Source of the DNA: Candidatus Latescibacterota bacterium | GTDB lineage: Bacteria > Latescibacterota > UBA2968 > UBA8231 | Length of the DNA stretch: 64,000 nt | Reading direction: 5' to 3' | NCBI GenBank assembly: GCA_963422735.1 | Contig: OY730476.1 | Location: 448,001 to 512,000, forward strand | Part shown: one piece after another, positions 1 to 10,700 of the stretch | Position numbering within the stretch: position 1 is the stretch's first letter | Layout: every line of letters begins with the position of its first letter | Program-made: the position numbers and the translations under genes | Notes under the pieces: model-generated | The model's input: only the letters and a program-made list of their open reading frames with translations | The model's database searches: none | What the model was told of the DNA's origin: nothing

Positions 1-525
1 GGTGAAGAGCTTGGTCGCCTTAAACCCCAGTTCCATGTACCACGCCTGTTCAAATCCGGAAGCATAGCAGAAAATTTTGTCCTTTTGCGGGCCGCCGAGC
101 AATTCGTACACAGGTTTTTGCAGCAGCTTGCCCTTGAGGTCCCACAGCGCGGTATCCACGGCGCTGATGGCGTAGCTGGCCAGCCCCTGGCCGCCGTAGG
201 ACGCGGTGGAGCGCAGCATGACGTCCCACAGCTTTTCCGTGGCCATGCAGTTTTCGCCGGTGAGCAATGAGGCGAAGTGATCGTTGATGATGGGCAGCAC
301 GGGAGGCGAGTGAACGGTCAGCCCGAGGCCCCAAGTGCCGTCCTCGGCCGCGACCACGCAGGCGATGCGTTGCCATTCTGGGGAGCCGGTGCGGCCGGCG
401 CGGAAGCGGGCATAGCGGTCGAGCGGACGGTGCAGGGCGTGGCCGGGCCGTTGGCTGGGGCGTGGGGTCGTTTTCTGAGGGGGCGTAAGCGCGATTTGCG
501 CGGCGCGGATTTCCTTGATTTTCAT
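1..525 (-). CDS. Enolase-superfamily (mandelate racemase/MLE) acid-sugar dehydratase, L-rhamnonate dehydratase-like; 5' part, runs off window start
   Basis: Not in the ORF track. Manual translation from ATG at 525: [10 protein letters not shown]...EDGTWGLG...[10 protein letters not shown]...[27 protein letters not shown], the MR/MLE N-terminal signature. Confidence 0.85.
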   Translation of the reverse strand, partial: MKIKEIRAAQIALTPPQKTTPRPSQRPGHALHRPLDRYARFRAGRTGSPEWQRIACVVAAEDGTWGLGLTVHSPPVLPIINDHFASLLTGENCMATEKLWDVMLRSTASYGGQGLASYAISAVDTALWDLKGKLLQKPVYELLGGPQKDKIFCYASGFEQAWYMELGFKATKLFT

Positions 526-536
526 GGGAGCCTGCC

Positions 537-1811
537 TTAGTCGAGCTGGGAAAAGCGGTTGGGCGTGAAGAGAGTTTGTAGGGTTTGGGCGATGCCGGCG
601 CGGGTTACATGGCGGCCAGCGTCGTGCAGGTCTTGGTATTTTTCGCTTAGGACTTTGGCGAGGATTTCGCGGAAACGCTGCCACTTGGGGATGAGGTTTT
701 CCAGTACGCGGGCGTCCGAGTTGAAGGGGATGAAGCGGTCGCCAGTCATTTCGAGGCGCATCCGCAGGTCCTGTTCGACCAAGCCCGGATGGTAATTGAA
801 CCACCAGTGGCCAATGACCATGATGTTGTCGTTGTGGCAGGAGAGGACGCTGGCGTCGTACTGGTTGGCATTGTGGAGCGGAGTGATGAAGAAGGCGTTG
901 TCGGGATGGCGGCGCACCAACTGCTGATAGGGATACATGTCGGCCAGCCCCACGCCGTCGCCAGCGTCGCGCCAAGCGGGTTTGAGCTGGCGGATGGGGC
1001 CGGGCATCATAAAGAAAGGCAGCTTAAACTCGCGCAGGGCCGGCAGCACCGCGTGGTGTAGCACCGCACCCTCCAGCCCGCTGAGGTCGTGGACTTGGCA
1101 GTGGGGGGGGAACGAGCACGCGCCGTACGCGACGCCGTGTAGCTTGTCGTACCAGTCGGCGAGGAAGCGGCGGATCGCATGGGCTGTGGCGGGTTGGCTG
1201 GGGTCGCTGCCAACCTCGTAGCCCCAAGCGTTGAGCTGCACCGCCGCGCGTGGGTAGTGCAAGACGAGTTCGTCGAGGCGATAGCCGGACAAATAGCACT
1301 CGTCCCACTCGCCGCTTTTGTAGTACGCGCGTTCTCGATCGTTGAATACGTCTTGGGTGCCGACGATGCGGCGCACGCCGGCCAGCTCCATGCAGCGGTG
1401 CTGGATTTCTGCTGGGTCCGTGTCGGCGTAGAATTGGCGCGCCTCGCCGAGGGTAGCGGCATTGGGATCGAGGCCGAGGGCTTCTAGCGCTACGACCACG
1501 CCGCGACAGCCTTCGTCGAATGAATCGGAGGCAGCGTCGGCAAAAAGTTTTTGCCAAGTGAAGTCGCCTTGTTTTTCTAGGCTCCAAGAGTAGAAAGTGG
1601 CCGGGTCAATGTGGCTTGCGGCAAAGAGCTTGCGGCGGACATAGTGATAGGTAAGCTGCTGGTCAATGCCGTACAGGCAGAGCTGAGGGCCGGCTTGGGG
1701 GCCGAGGAGATGGGTGTGCCAGTCGTCGACGATCAGCCGTTGGGCTGAGGTTTCTTCGGCGACTACGGCGGAAATTTGGTCGCGGGATAGGGGTAAGGTA
1801 GAGCTGCTCAT
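537..1811 (-). CDS. Uronate (glucuronate) isomerase, divergent Bh0493-type amidohydrolase-superfamily
   Basis: DxHTHL metal motif, LTYHY, GHWWF and [13 protein letters not shown] motifs; AGGAG SD precedes ATG at 1811. Confidence 0.8.
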   Translation of the reverse strand: MSSSTLPLSRDQISAVVAEETSAQRLIVDDWHTHLLGPQAGPQLCLYGIDQQLTYHYVRRKLFAASHIDPATFYSWSLEKQGDFTWQKLFADAASDSFDEGCRGVVVALEALGLDPNAATLGEARQFYADTDPAEIQHRCMELAGVRRIVGTQDVFNDRERAYYKSGEWDECYLSGYRLDELVLHYPRAAVQLNAWGYEVGSDPSQPATAHAIRRFLADWYDKLHGVAYGACSFPPHCQVHDLSGLEGAVLHHAVLPALREFKLPFFMMPGPIRQLKPAWRDAGDGVGLADMYPYQQLVRRHPDNAFFITPLHNANQYDASVLSCHNDNIMVIGHWWFNYHPGLVEQDLRMRLEMTGDRFIPFNSDARVLENLIPKWQRFREILAKVLSEKYQDLHDAGRHVTRAGIAQTLQTLFTPNRFSQLD

Positions 1812-1934
1812 GGCGGAGGCTCCTGCCAGGGTAAGGGGCATAACAGTAGGCTAAGAGCAACGGGGCGTCAAAGGGCAAAGGCCCCTCCGAATCTCGGGCC
1901 ATGCGGTAGAGCTGCTTGAGCAAGGCATCGCTGA

Positions 1935-1964
1935 GTTAGTGGTTAGTGGTTAGTGGTTAGTGGT
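1935..1964. repeat. Heptamer tandem repeat (GTTAGTG)x4
   Basis: Read directly from sequence; same unit recurs at 13726 and 47625-47765. Confidence 0.9.
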
Positions 1965-2252
1965 CCGTCCCATCCGCCCCCTTGGCGACGGGCCCCGGAA
2001 CATTGACGCGGGGGACCGCGCTGGTCCGGACGAGGGCTACGGGCCAGCCGAGTGATACCGCCTACATGAAACCTGAATCCCCAACCGTACACTAGGAAAT
2101 TCCGACCTGCTTAAATTGCTCAATGGAATTGGCCCGCGCCTGTTCGACGAGACGGGCGTTTTGTGCCATATCGCCCGATGTTTGGTCGAACAGTAGTTTA
2201 TCTTTTTCCGTCCAATTGGTGCCAAGGTGCTCGTTGATGACGTCGATTCTTC

Positions 2253-2474
2253 TTACTTGAGCAAGTTAAGCACTTTTGTCTGTGCAGATTCCGCAACCGA
2301 ATCCCGAATGAAGTCACTAGCTCTGAGGATTTCAATGCCAATGAATTCGCCCTTATCATTGTATTCTGCTGTTATATTGGGACTAAGTTCAATACTGCCG
2401 TTTTCTGGATCGTCAGAGATCTCCAAGTATAAGATGTCTTCTTGTTCAAAGTATCTCATTTTTGCCCTATCCAT
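2253..2474 (-). CDS. DUF2283-family small protein (putative antitoxin)
   Basis: MDRAKMRYFEQEDILYLEIS...IELSPNITAEYNDKGEFIGIEILRAS matches the DUF2283 pattern (Y..E.D.LY...G..IGIEIL). Confidence 0.8.
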   Translation of the reverse strand: MDRAKMRYFEQEDILYLEISDDPENGSIELSPNITAEYNDKGEFIGIEILRASDFIRDSVAESAQTKVLNLLK

Positions 2475-2725
2475 GGATGAATCTCCCCGTTTTAATCCGA
2501 ACATTGATTTACTGTCGTGTTGTGACATGGGTAGTCATAGGTGTTATAACGTCCTCGTCCGATTCGTAGGGAATTAAGACCAACTTGCTAGCGCAGAGTC
2601 CAACAGCAATACCACGGCCAGTGACCACATCGCGATATCGCTCGGAAGTATGTCTTACTTATGTTCTCAATGCTGGACAGGTCAAATCCGCGTAAAGAGG
2701 CTTTGCCCGTCCAAGCAACTCTCAT
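2467..2725 (-). pseudogene. DUF4258-like putative toxin partner of DUF2283, frameshifted with a premature stop
   Basis: MRVAWT..SLRGFDLSSIENI / frameshift / VRHTSERYRDVVTGRGIAVG...LVLIPYESDEDVITPMTTHVTTRQ*INVRIKTGRFIHG*; its end overlaps the DUF2283 ATG. Confidence 0.65.
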
Positions 2726-2822
2726 TGATACCTTTAGGCATCCTTTCCAAGCGTATTGAATGCTGCGGTTTGGCTTTGGATAGGTTAGCTACGGTACTCC
2801 TCAAATGTTTGTTTTCATTTTG

Positions 2823-5546
2823 TCAGATATAGCTTTCGGCCAGTGCCTCGACGCGCACCGGGCAAACCTTGAGCTCGGCGGTATCGGTGACAGGATCATA
2901 CCCGGAGCCGGTGAGGATGTTGATCGGTACGTCGTTGAAGCTGAAGCTGGCAAAGACCGTACCGCGCGGCGAGCGGGGAGTGGCTTGGAGGCGGATTTCG
3001 ATGGCACCGCGCGCGCTGGACAAGCGACACAAGCCCCCGTCTTCAAGGCCCCAAGCGACGATGTCTTCGGGGTGGACTTCGAGACGCTCTTCGGCGAGCA
3101 GGTAGTCGATGCCTTGGGAGCGGCCGGTCTGGGTGCGAGTGTGGTACGATTGAAGGCGGCGGCCGGTCGTCAGCCACACCGGGAACTCGGTCGAAAGGGT
3201 CTCGGCAGGGTCGCGGTAGCGGATGACTTTGAAAAGGCCGCGGCCGTTTCTGAATGCGCCTTGGTGCAAAATGGGCGTACCCGGATGCCCCTTTTCCGGG
3301 ACGGGCCAGTGGTACTCGCCGCCGTCGATCCGCTTCCAGTCGAGGCCAGCGTAGATGGGCGAGAGGCCGCATAGTTCGTTGAAAACTTCTGCTGCTGAAT
3401 GGTAGTCGAAGCCGCTAAAGCCGAGCCGCTGAGCGAGCTGACTTATGATCCACCAGTCGGGTTTGGCCTCGCCGGGCGGGGGCACAGCGCGGCGCAGGCG
3501 TTGGACCCGACGCTCGGTGTTGGTGCAGGTCCCGTCAGTCTCGGCAAACGCGCTGGCCGGGAAGACCACGTCGGCTAGCGCAGCGGTCTCTGTGAGGAAG
3601 ATGTCGATGACCACGAGGTGGCCGAGGCTCTTGAGCGCGTGCTCACAGTGCTGGCGATCCGGATCCGAGACGACGGTGTTTTCGCCGTCGATAATCATGG
3701 CAAAAATTTCGCTGCCGCAGCGGTTGAGGGCTTGGACTTTGGTGATGCCTTTGTCTGGGTCCATCTCTCGCCCGTAGAGCGCGGTGAATTTCTCTTGGTA
3801 TTCGGGCTGATCTACGGGTTGGAAACCCGGGTAGTTGGAAGGGGTGGCCCCAGAGTCGCCTGCGCCTTGGATGTTGTTCTGCCCGCGCATGGGATTGATA
3901 CCGGTGCCCTCGCGGCCGACATTGCCGGTCAGTAGGGCGAGATTGCACAGGCTCTGGACGTTGTCAACGCCGCAGATGTGCTCGGTGATGCCGAGGGTGT
4001 AGTAGATGGCGGCCTTGTCGGCAGAACCGTACCAACGGGCGGCTTGCTCAATGTCGGCCGCGGGTACCTCGGTGATGGTCGAAGCCCACTCGGGCGTGAA
4101 TCCGACGATGTGCTCTAGGAACTGCTCAAAGTCGGCTGTGCGCTCTTCCATAAAGGCGCGATCTAGCAGGTCGTCGCGGACGATCACGTGCGCCATAGCC
4201 AACAGCAAGGCCACATCCGAGCCGACTCGGATGGGCAGATACAGGTCGGCCATCTCCGCGAGGTCGATCTTGCGCGGGTCGGCGACGATCATCTTGGCTC
4301 CCCGCTTGAGGGCCTTTTTGATCCGCGTCGCCGCCACTGGATGGCACTCGGTCATGTTGGTCCCGATGCAGAAGATCAGGTCCGGTTTGTCCATGTCGGC
4401 CAAGGGGTTCGACATGGCACCGCGTCCGATGGTGGCTGCCAGACCGACAACCGTGGGTGCGTGTCAGGCACGGCTACAGTTGTCTATGTAGTGCGTGCCG
4501 TAGCCTCTGCGGATGAACTTCTGCATGCAGTAGTTGGCCTCTGAAGGCGTCCGGCCAGAGGCGATGCCGTAGATGGCGTGGCGACCGTGCTCGGCGAGTG
4601 CCTTGGCAAAACCTTGGGCGGCGCGGTCGAGCGCAGTGTCCCAGTCGGTGGGGTGGAGCTGGCCATCCTCGCCGCGGATTAGGGGCCTTGTGAGCCGGTC
4701 GCGGTGCTGGACGAAGTCAAAGGCAAACTGGCCCTTGACGCACAGGGCACCCTCGTTGGCCGGGCCGTCCATCGCCGGTTGGATACCGACGAGTTTATCC
4801 CTTTTAGACAGCAGATCTACCGAGCAGCCCACGCCGCAGTACGGGCAGACCGAGCGGGTCTTTTCGATCGCGCCGGGTAGGTCTGCAGCGCGCAGGGCCT
4901 TTTTGTCGGCTAGGGCACCGGTGGGGCAGGTCTGGACGCATTGGCCGCAAAAGGTGCAGGCCGAGTCCTTGAGCAAGCCGTCGAACTCCACGGTGATCTG
5001 CTTGTGAAAGCCGCGGCCCATGGCGGCAATGGCGTGGTCGCCTTCCTGCTCGGCGCAGACGCGGACGCAGCGGTTGCACGAGATGCACAAGTCGTAGTCG
5101 CGCAAGATGAAGGGATTGTCGTCGGTAGGATGCGCTTGGCCCGATTGTGCGCCCGCGAAGCGGCCGGAGCGGGCTTGGTAGCGATTGACGAGGTCGGTCA
5201 GCTCTTGGGAAGCGTACCCGCGCAGGGGATCCACCTCGACTTCGCGGTTTTCCGAGACGACCATTTCCAGCAGCGTCTTGCGATGCTTTTCGAGGGCAGC
5301 GGTTGCCGTTTTGACGACCATGCCGGGCGCAGCTTGGGCCGTGCAGGAGGCGACTGGATTGCGCGCTCCTTCGATTTCGACCACGCAAAGCCGACAGGCC
5401 CCAAAAGGTTCTAGACGCGGGTCGTAGCAGAGGGTGGGAATGTCGCGGCGATGGCGTTGGGCGACCTCGTAGAGAGTCTCGCCGGGAGCAAAGGATGCCT
5501 CTTCGCCGTCTAAGGTTAGGGTGTGCTGTTTTTCATTGGTATTCAC
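2823..5546 (-). CDS. fdhF: Selenocysteine-containing Mo/W-bisPGD formate dehydrogenase alpha subunit (N-terminal 2Fe-2S and 4Fe-4S domains), ~907 aa
   Basis: The two track ORFs (4464..5546 and 2823..4415) are in frame across TGA 4464-4466: YIDNCSRA-U-HAPTVVGL...GAMSN. Also CPYCGVGC...C and RGQNNIQG motifs. Confidence 0.93.
4434..4452 (-). promoter_or_regulatory. Bacterial SECIS stem-loop
   Basis: mRNA reads UGA + 11 nt + GGUUGUC-GGUCU-GGCAGCC, a 7-bp stem with the same spacing and loop as the E. coli fdhF SECIS (GGUUGCAGGUCUGCACC). Confidence 0.85.
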
Positions 5547-5559
5547 GATAAAGCCCTAT

Positions 5560-7227
5560 TCAGGCGCAGATGCGTTGTGCCACTTGGTCGGGAAAGTACT
5601 TGAGGAGGCTATCGGTGATAAAGGGGGCGGCCATGCCGAGGCCGCAGGCGCTAGTGGCCTTCATGACGTCGCCGATGTCTGTTACTTCAGTGCGCCAAGT
5701 TCCTAGATCCATCGACCCTTCCCCGGCGAGTCGCTCGGTCAGCCGCTTTGTGCCGATGCGGCACGGGAAGCACTTGCCGCAGGACTCCTCGGCAAAAAAG
5801 GTCATCGCTTGGCGGGCGATGGCCACCATGTCGCGGCGGTCGTCAAAGGCCATGATGCCGCCCGCGCCGAGCATAGAGCCACGGGCGCGGATCGCCGGTT
5901 CGTCGAGGGTGACGTCGAGGTCGTCACCAGCGAGAAAGCCGCCCGATAGGCCGGCCATGGTAACTGCTTGGATTTGACGGCCCGGTTCCGGCCCGCCGGC
6001 CCACTCGTGGAGCAAAGTGTCGAGGGGCAGGCCGAAAGGGACTTCGTAGTTGCCCGGCCGCTGCACATCGCCCGAGAGGCTGATGACCTTAGTGCCCGGG
6101 CGGCCGTCGAGGCCCAACGAGCGATACCACGCCGCACCGCGCCGCGCGATCTGGGGGACTGAGGCCAAGGTTTCGACGTTGTTGACGGCTGTGGGCAAGT
6201 CTTCAAAACCGTGCGTCACCGGGAAGGGCGGACGGTTGCGCGGATAGGGGTGTTTGCCTTCGAGGCTGTTGAGCAAAGAGCCTTCCTCGCCGCAGATGTA
6301 CGCGCCAGCACCGCGGCGGATGTGGAGCGCACAGGAGAAGTCGCGGCCGAGGATGCGCGGGCCGATTAGGTCGGCGGCGCGGGCCTCGTCCAGTGCGTTG
6401 GCGAGGATGGCATGGATTTCTGGGTATTCGTAGCGCAGATAGATAAAGGCGCGGGTAGCGCCGGTGGCGTACGCGGCTAGGAGCATGCCCTCGATGACCG
6501 CGTGTGGGTCCCATTCGAGGAGTGCACGATCCTTAAAGCAGCCCGGTTCGCCCTCGTCGGCGTTGCAAACGACGGTTTTGGGTGCGCCCGGGGCCTCGGC
6601 AACGGCCTGCCACTTCTGGCCGGTGGGAAAGCCCGCGCCGCCCCGGCCGGCGAGCTGGCTGTCGGCAATGAGGGCCACCAGTTCGGTTGGCTTCCCGGCG
6701 AGGGCTTGTTGCAGTGCTTGGTACCCGCCGCTTTGGCGATAGCCGGACAGACTGGCGCGGCCCGGAGCGCGGATATCGGCAAAGACGCACTCCTCGTACC
6801 CGCCGGGATTGGACGCGGGCAGGGGCGAAGGGTCAGGCGTAAGGGACTCCGCGTCGGCCCCGACCAGCACTTGATGGCCTTTGATGACCGGAATGGGATC
6901 GTCGCAGCGGCCAGCGCATGGCATAGGCGCGGCGTCGGCGAGGCTGGCGCAGAGCGCGTCGGCTCCGCGCAGTGCGCATATCGGGCCGGTGCAGACGCGC
7001 GGGGCATTTTGACCGGGAGCTTGGCGGGCAAAGTGGTGGTAAAAGGTGACGGTGGCGAAAAGCTCGGCGAGAGGGATTTTCAGGCCCGTTGATACAGCCT
7101 TGAGAGCTTCTTCCGACAAGTAGCCATCGCGGTCGTGGAAGGCGTGTAGAAGCGGCAATAGGGGCGCGGTTTTGCGCTGCCCGTGTTCGACGAGCGCGGC
7201 GTCTGTAGGGGAGATCAAGCTAGGCAC
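5560..7227 (-). CDS. NuoE-NuoF fused NAD(H)-binding flavoprotein subunit of NAD-dependent formate dehydrogenase (FdsG/FdsB-like)
   Basis: N-terminal CxxxxC...CxxxC 2Fe-2S site; GRGGAGFPTG, NADEGEPG, GAYICGEE, ESCGKCFPCR..C motifs; directly upstream of the alpha subunit. Confidence 0.9.
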   Translation of the reverse strand: MPSLISPTDAALVEHGQRKTAPLLPLLHAFHDRDGYLSEEALKAVSTGLKIPLAELFATVTFYHHFARQAPGQNAPRVCTGPICALRGADALCASLADAAPMPCAGRCDDPIPVIKGHQVLVGADAESLTPDPSPLPASNPGGYEECVFADIRAPGRASLSGYRQSGGYQALQQALAGKPTELVALIADSQLAGRGGAGFPTGQKWQAVAEAPGAPKTVVCNADEGEPGCFKDRALLEWDPHAVIEGMLLAAYATGATRAFIYLRYEYPEIHAILANALDEARAADLIGPRILGRDFSCALHIRRGAGAYICGEEGSLLNSLEGKHPYPRNRPPFPVTHGFEDLPTAVNNVETLASVPQIARRGAAWYRSLGLDGRPGTKVISLSGDVQRPGNYEVPFGLPLDTLLHEWAGGPEPGRQIQAVTMAGLSGGFLAGDDLDVTLDEPAIRARGSMLGAGGIMAFDDRRDMVAIARQAMTFFAEESCGKCFPCRIGTKRLTERLAGEGSMDLGTWRTEVTDIGDVMKATSACGLGMAAPFITDSLLKYFPDQVAQRICA

Positions 7228-7399
7228 CTTTTACATGGGTAGCCACCGGAAGGCGACTGAGTTGCATATATATTTAGTTAGATGAATAATTTAGGAGTCG
7301 CGCCAACAGAGGGCAACCGAGCACAGCAGCTGCGTTGAGGACCGTGCAAAGACTTGAGAATGTATGCCGGCCGCATCTTGCGGCTGGAGACATGTAGCG

Positions 7400-7730
7400 A
7401 CCCTACTCTTCTCACGGCAATACGAATCGCGTTCTTTGCGAAATGGGTGCGACTCGCAAAGTTCTTAGCCAAGCGGCTAGGCCGTGCATCCGCCCTGAAT
7501 GCCTTGAAAGGTCCGACGCGGTTCTATCGCAATCCTACATCATTCATAAGATAACCAGCAGACAGACGCAGAATAGTCTTCACCAGATGATCCGAATCTT
7601 GAATCGTTCAAGTCATTCAGGGTTGCTATGTGAGACAAAATGCAGAAACTGATTGCGCGATTAGCATGGGTACTAAAATCATTCCCGTCGAAGTCAAGGC
7701 GGGCAAGGCCGGTACGCTCAAGTCGTTTCG
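7400..7730 (+). pseudogene. Remnant of an AAA+/DUF4143-family ATP-binding protein C-terminus
   Basis: CYVRQNAETDCAISMGTKIIPVEVKAGKAGTLKS resembles the DUF4143 end (EVD...IIPIEVKSG..G.LKS); upstream frames are degenerate. Confidence 0.45.
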
Positions 7731-10700
7731 CTTCCTTTCGCTCGACTTGGAAGTCAGCAAGCAGGACCGTCGCATCCGTGCCTTCGCCGCGGTGCGCCCG
7801 GATGTTGAGCAACCACTGGTCTTCCACGGCGGCGACTTGGTGGCAGCGTTGGCCGAGCTCGACGAATTCGCTGCTGGCGCAGATTTCCTGCTCGGTCACA
7901 ACCTGATCGCTTTCGATCTGCCCCATCTAAAGGCGGCCAACCCCGATCTGCGGCTGTTGAAGCTGCCGGCGGTGGATACGTTGGGGCTCAACCCCCTCGC
8001 TTTTCCCCGCCATCCCTATCACCACCTCGTCAAACACTACCAGGACGGACAGCTCAAACGCGGGCGATTGAACGACCCGGAACTCGACGCTCGGCTCGCG
8101 CTAGATGTCTTCTACGATCAGCAAACCGCGTTACGCGATGCGCCGCTTGACTTGCTCGAAGCGTGGCATTGGCTGACCGGAACAGAACCCGACGGCGCGG
8201 GATTCGCCGCTGTTTTTGCCGCCATAAGGTGCGCGCCCCGGCCAACCGACGCGGCTGCGAACGCGGCGATTCGCGAGCGGCTTGTGGGCCTGGCCTGTCA
8301 GAATCGCGGTCAGAATGTTCTCAAGAATGCCGCCCAAAGTGGCTGGCCGCTAGCGTACGCGCTGGCTTGGCTGTCGGTTTCCGGCGGCAATTCCGTGATG
8401 CCGCCGTGGGTACGACATCAGTTCCCAGAAGCCGGTAAGCTAGTTCGCCGACTACGAGATATCCCCTGTGGCGAGGCGATCTGCGATTGGTGCCGGGAGC
8501 GACACGACTCGCGCAAGGAGCTTAAACGTTGGTTCGGCTTTGACGATTTTCGCCCGGAGCCGTTGAGTACCGATGGACGCCCCATGCAGCAGGTGATCGT
8601 GGAGGCGGCAATGGTCGGAGAGCACGTTTTGGGGATTCTGCCCACCGGCACTGGCAAGTCGCTCTGCTACCAGATCCCGGCCCTGTCTCGCTACGACAAG
8701 ACTGGCACTCTCACGATAGTGATTTCGCCCTTGGTTGCGCTCATGACGGATCAGGTGATGGGCCTTCGCCAACAGGGCATCGGCTGCTGCGTGACTATCA
8801 ATGGACTGCTGTCGATGCCGGAGCGGGCCGCAGTGCTTGAGCAGGTACGTCTGGGCGACGCCGGCATTCTCATCATCTCGCCGGAGCAACTGCGCAGCAC
8901 CACTATACGCCGTGCGCTCGATCAACGCGAGATCGGTGCTTGGGTGCTAGACGAAGCCCACTGCCTGTCAAAGTGGGGGCACGACTTTCGGCCGGATTAC
9001 CGATACGTGGGACGCTTCATCCGCGAAAAGGCGAGACAGGAGCCGATCCCACCGGTGCTGTGCCTGACTGCAACCGCCAAGCCCGACGTGGTGGCGGACA
9101 TTAGGCAGTATTTCCAAGACGAACTCGGTGCAGAACTGAAGGTCTTTGACGGAGGTGCCAGTCGCACCAATTTGGAGTTCACGGTGGTGCCCACGACCGG
9201 GGGAGAGAAGTTCTGGCACATCTACCAGATTCTGATGGCCCATCTGCCGCCGGATACGACCGGCGGTGCCATCGTCTATTGTGCGACGCGCCAGAGGACG
9301 GAAGAGGTGGCGGAGTTCCTGCAGGACAAGGAAATCTCAGCAGACTACTTCCACTCCAAGCTGCCGCCGGAGACCAAGAAGAGCGTGCAGCAGGGCTTCA
9401 TCAGGGGCGAACTGCGCGTGATCGCGGCTACCAATGCCTTCGGCATGGGCATTGACAAGCCGGACGTGCGGCTGGTGATCCACGCCGACATCCCAAGCTC
9501 GCTGGAGAACTACCTACAGGAGGCGGGCCGGGCCGGACGCGACCGGCAGATGGCGCACTGCATACTGCTCTATGTGACGGACGACGCAGAGAGGCAGTTC
9601 AACCTGTCGGCACGTTCGCGGCTCACGCGTCGAGAAATTCACGGCATCCTGAGATCTCTGCGCAATCTCGACCGGAAAAAACGTCTGGCTGGCAAGGTCG
9701 TGGCTACTACTGGCGAGATCCTCAGCGAGGACGAGGAAAAGGTCTTTGAGAGAGACTCAGCCACCGACGATACCCGCATGCGAACCGCCATCGCTTGGCT
9801 GGAGGAGGCGGTGCTGCTAACCCGGGAGGAGAACCAAGTGCAGGTGTTTCCTTCGTCTCTCCGGGTGGATTCGGTGCAGGAAGTACGCAGGCGGTTGGCG
9901 AAGGCGTCCGTGACCGCCGACTACCAGCGGCAGCTATTCAGAATCGCCGAGACGCTGATTGATGCCGATCCCGACAAGGGCATCTCTACTGACGAGTTGA
10001 TGGGCGTATCCGGCCTGAGTGCCGAAGGTGTACGCGGTGCTCTGTACGACTTGGAGCGGCTAGGCGTCGCTAGCAATGATACAGCACTGACCGCCTTCGT
10101 CCACTCAGGGGTGGAGCGCAACTCGCGGAAGCGTTTTGCTGAGGCGATGGAGCTAGAGAAAGCCTTGGTCGCGCAGATGCAAGAGGCGGCACCGGATATG
10201 GCCAAGGGAGACACATGGCCACTACATTTGCGCGCTGCCGCGCAAACCCTGCGAGATGCAGGGGTGGCCGATCCGCGGCCGGAACGGCTACGGAGCATTC
10301 TCAGCAGCATTGCCCGCGACGGGCGCGGCGAAGCGGGGGGCACCGGTAGTCTCGGAATGCAACAGTGGGGTGCGGAGACTGTACAGGTGACGCTACTGCG
10401 CGAATGGCCGGTGTTGGAGGAAATCGCGTCGCTGCGACGCGAGGGGGCCAAGCTCTTGCTAGAGCGTTTGCTCGCTTGCCTGCCGCTTGGAAGCCAGGGC
10501 ACGGACCTGCTGGCCGAAACTACCCTCGGCGAGCTGTTGGAGGCGATCAGGGCCGATCTGATTCTGAATAGCAGAATTAGGAATCACGAGAAACTGCTGG
10601 ACCGCGCCCTTCTATGGCTGCACGAGCAGGAGGTCATTCGCCTCCACAAGGGCTTGGCAGTATTCCGGCCAGCCATGACCATCAAGCTGGCTGAGGGGAG

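Noticed and set aside
2823-4415. Treating the FDH as two genes or as a pseudogene
   Set aside because: The in-frame UGA at the Sec/Cys ligand position with a SECIS explains the split.
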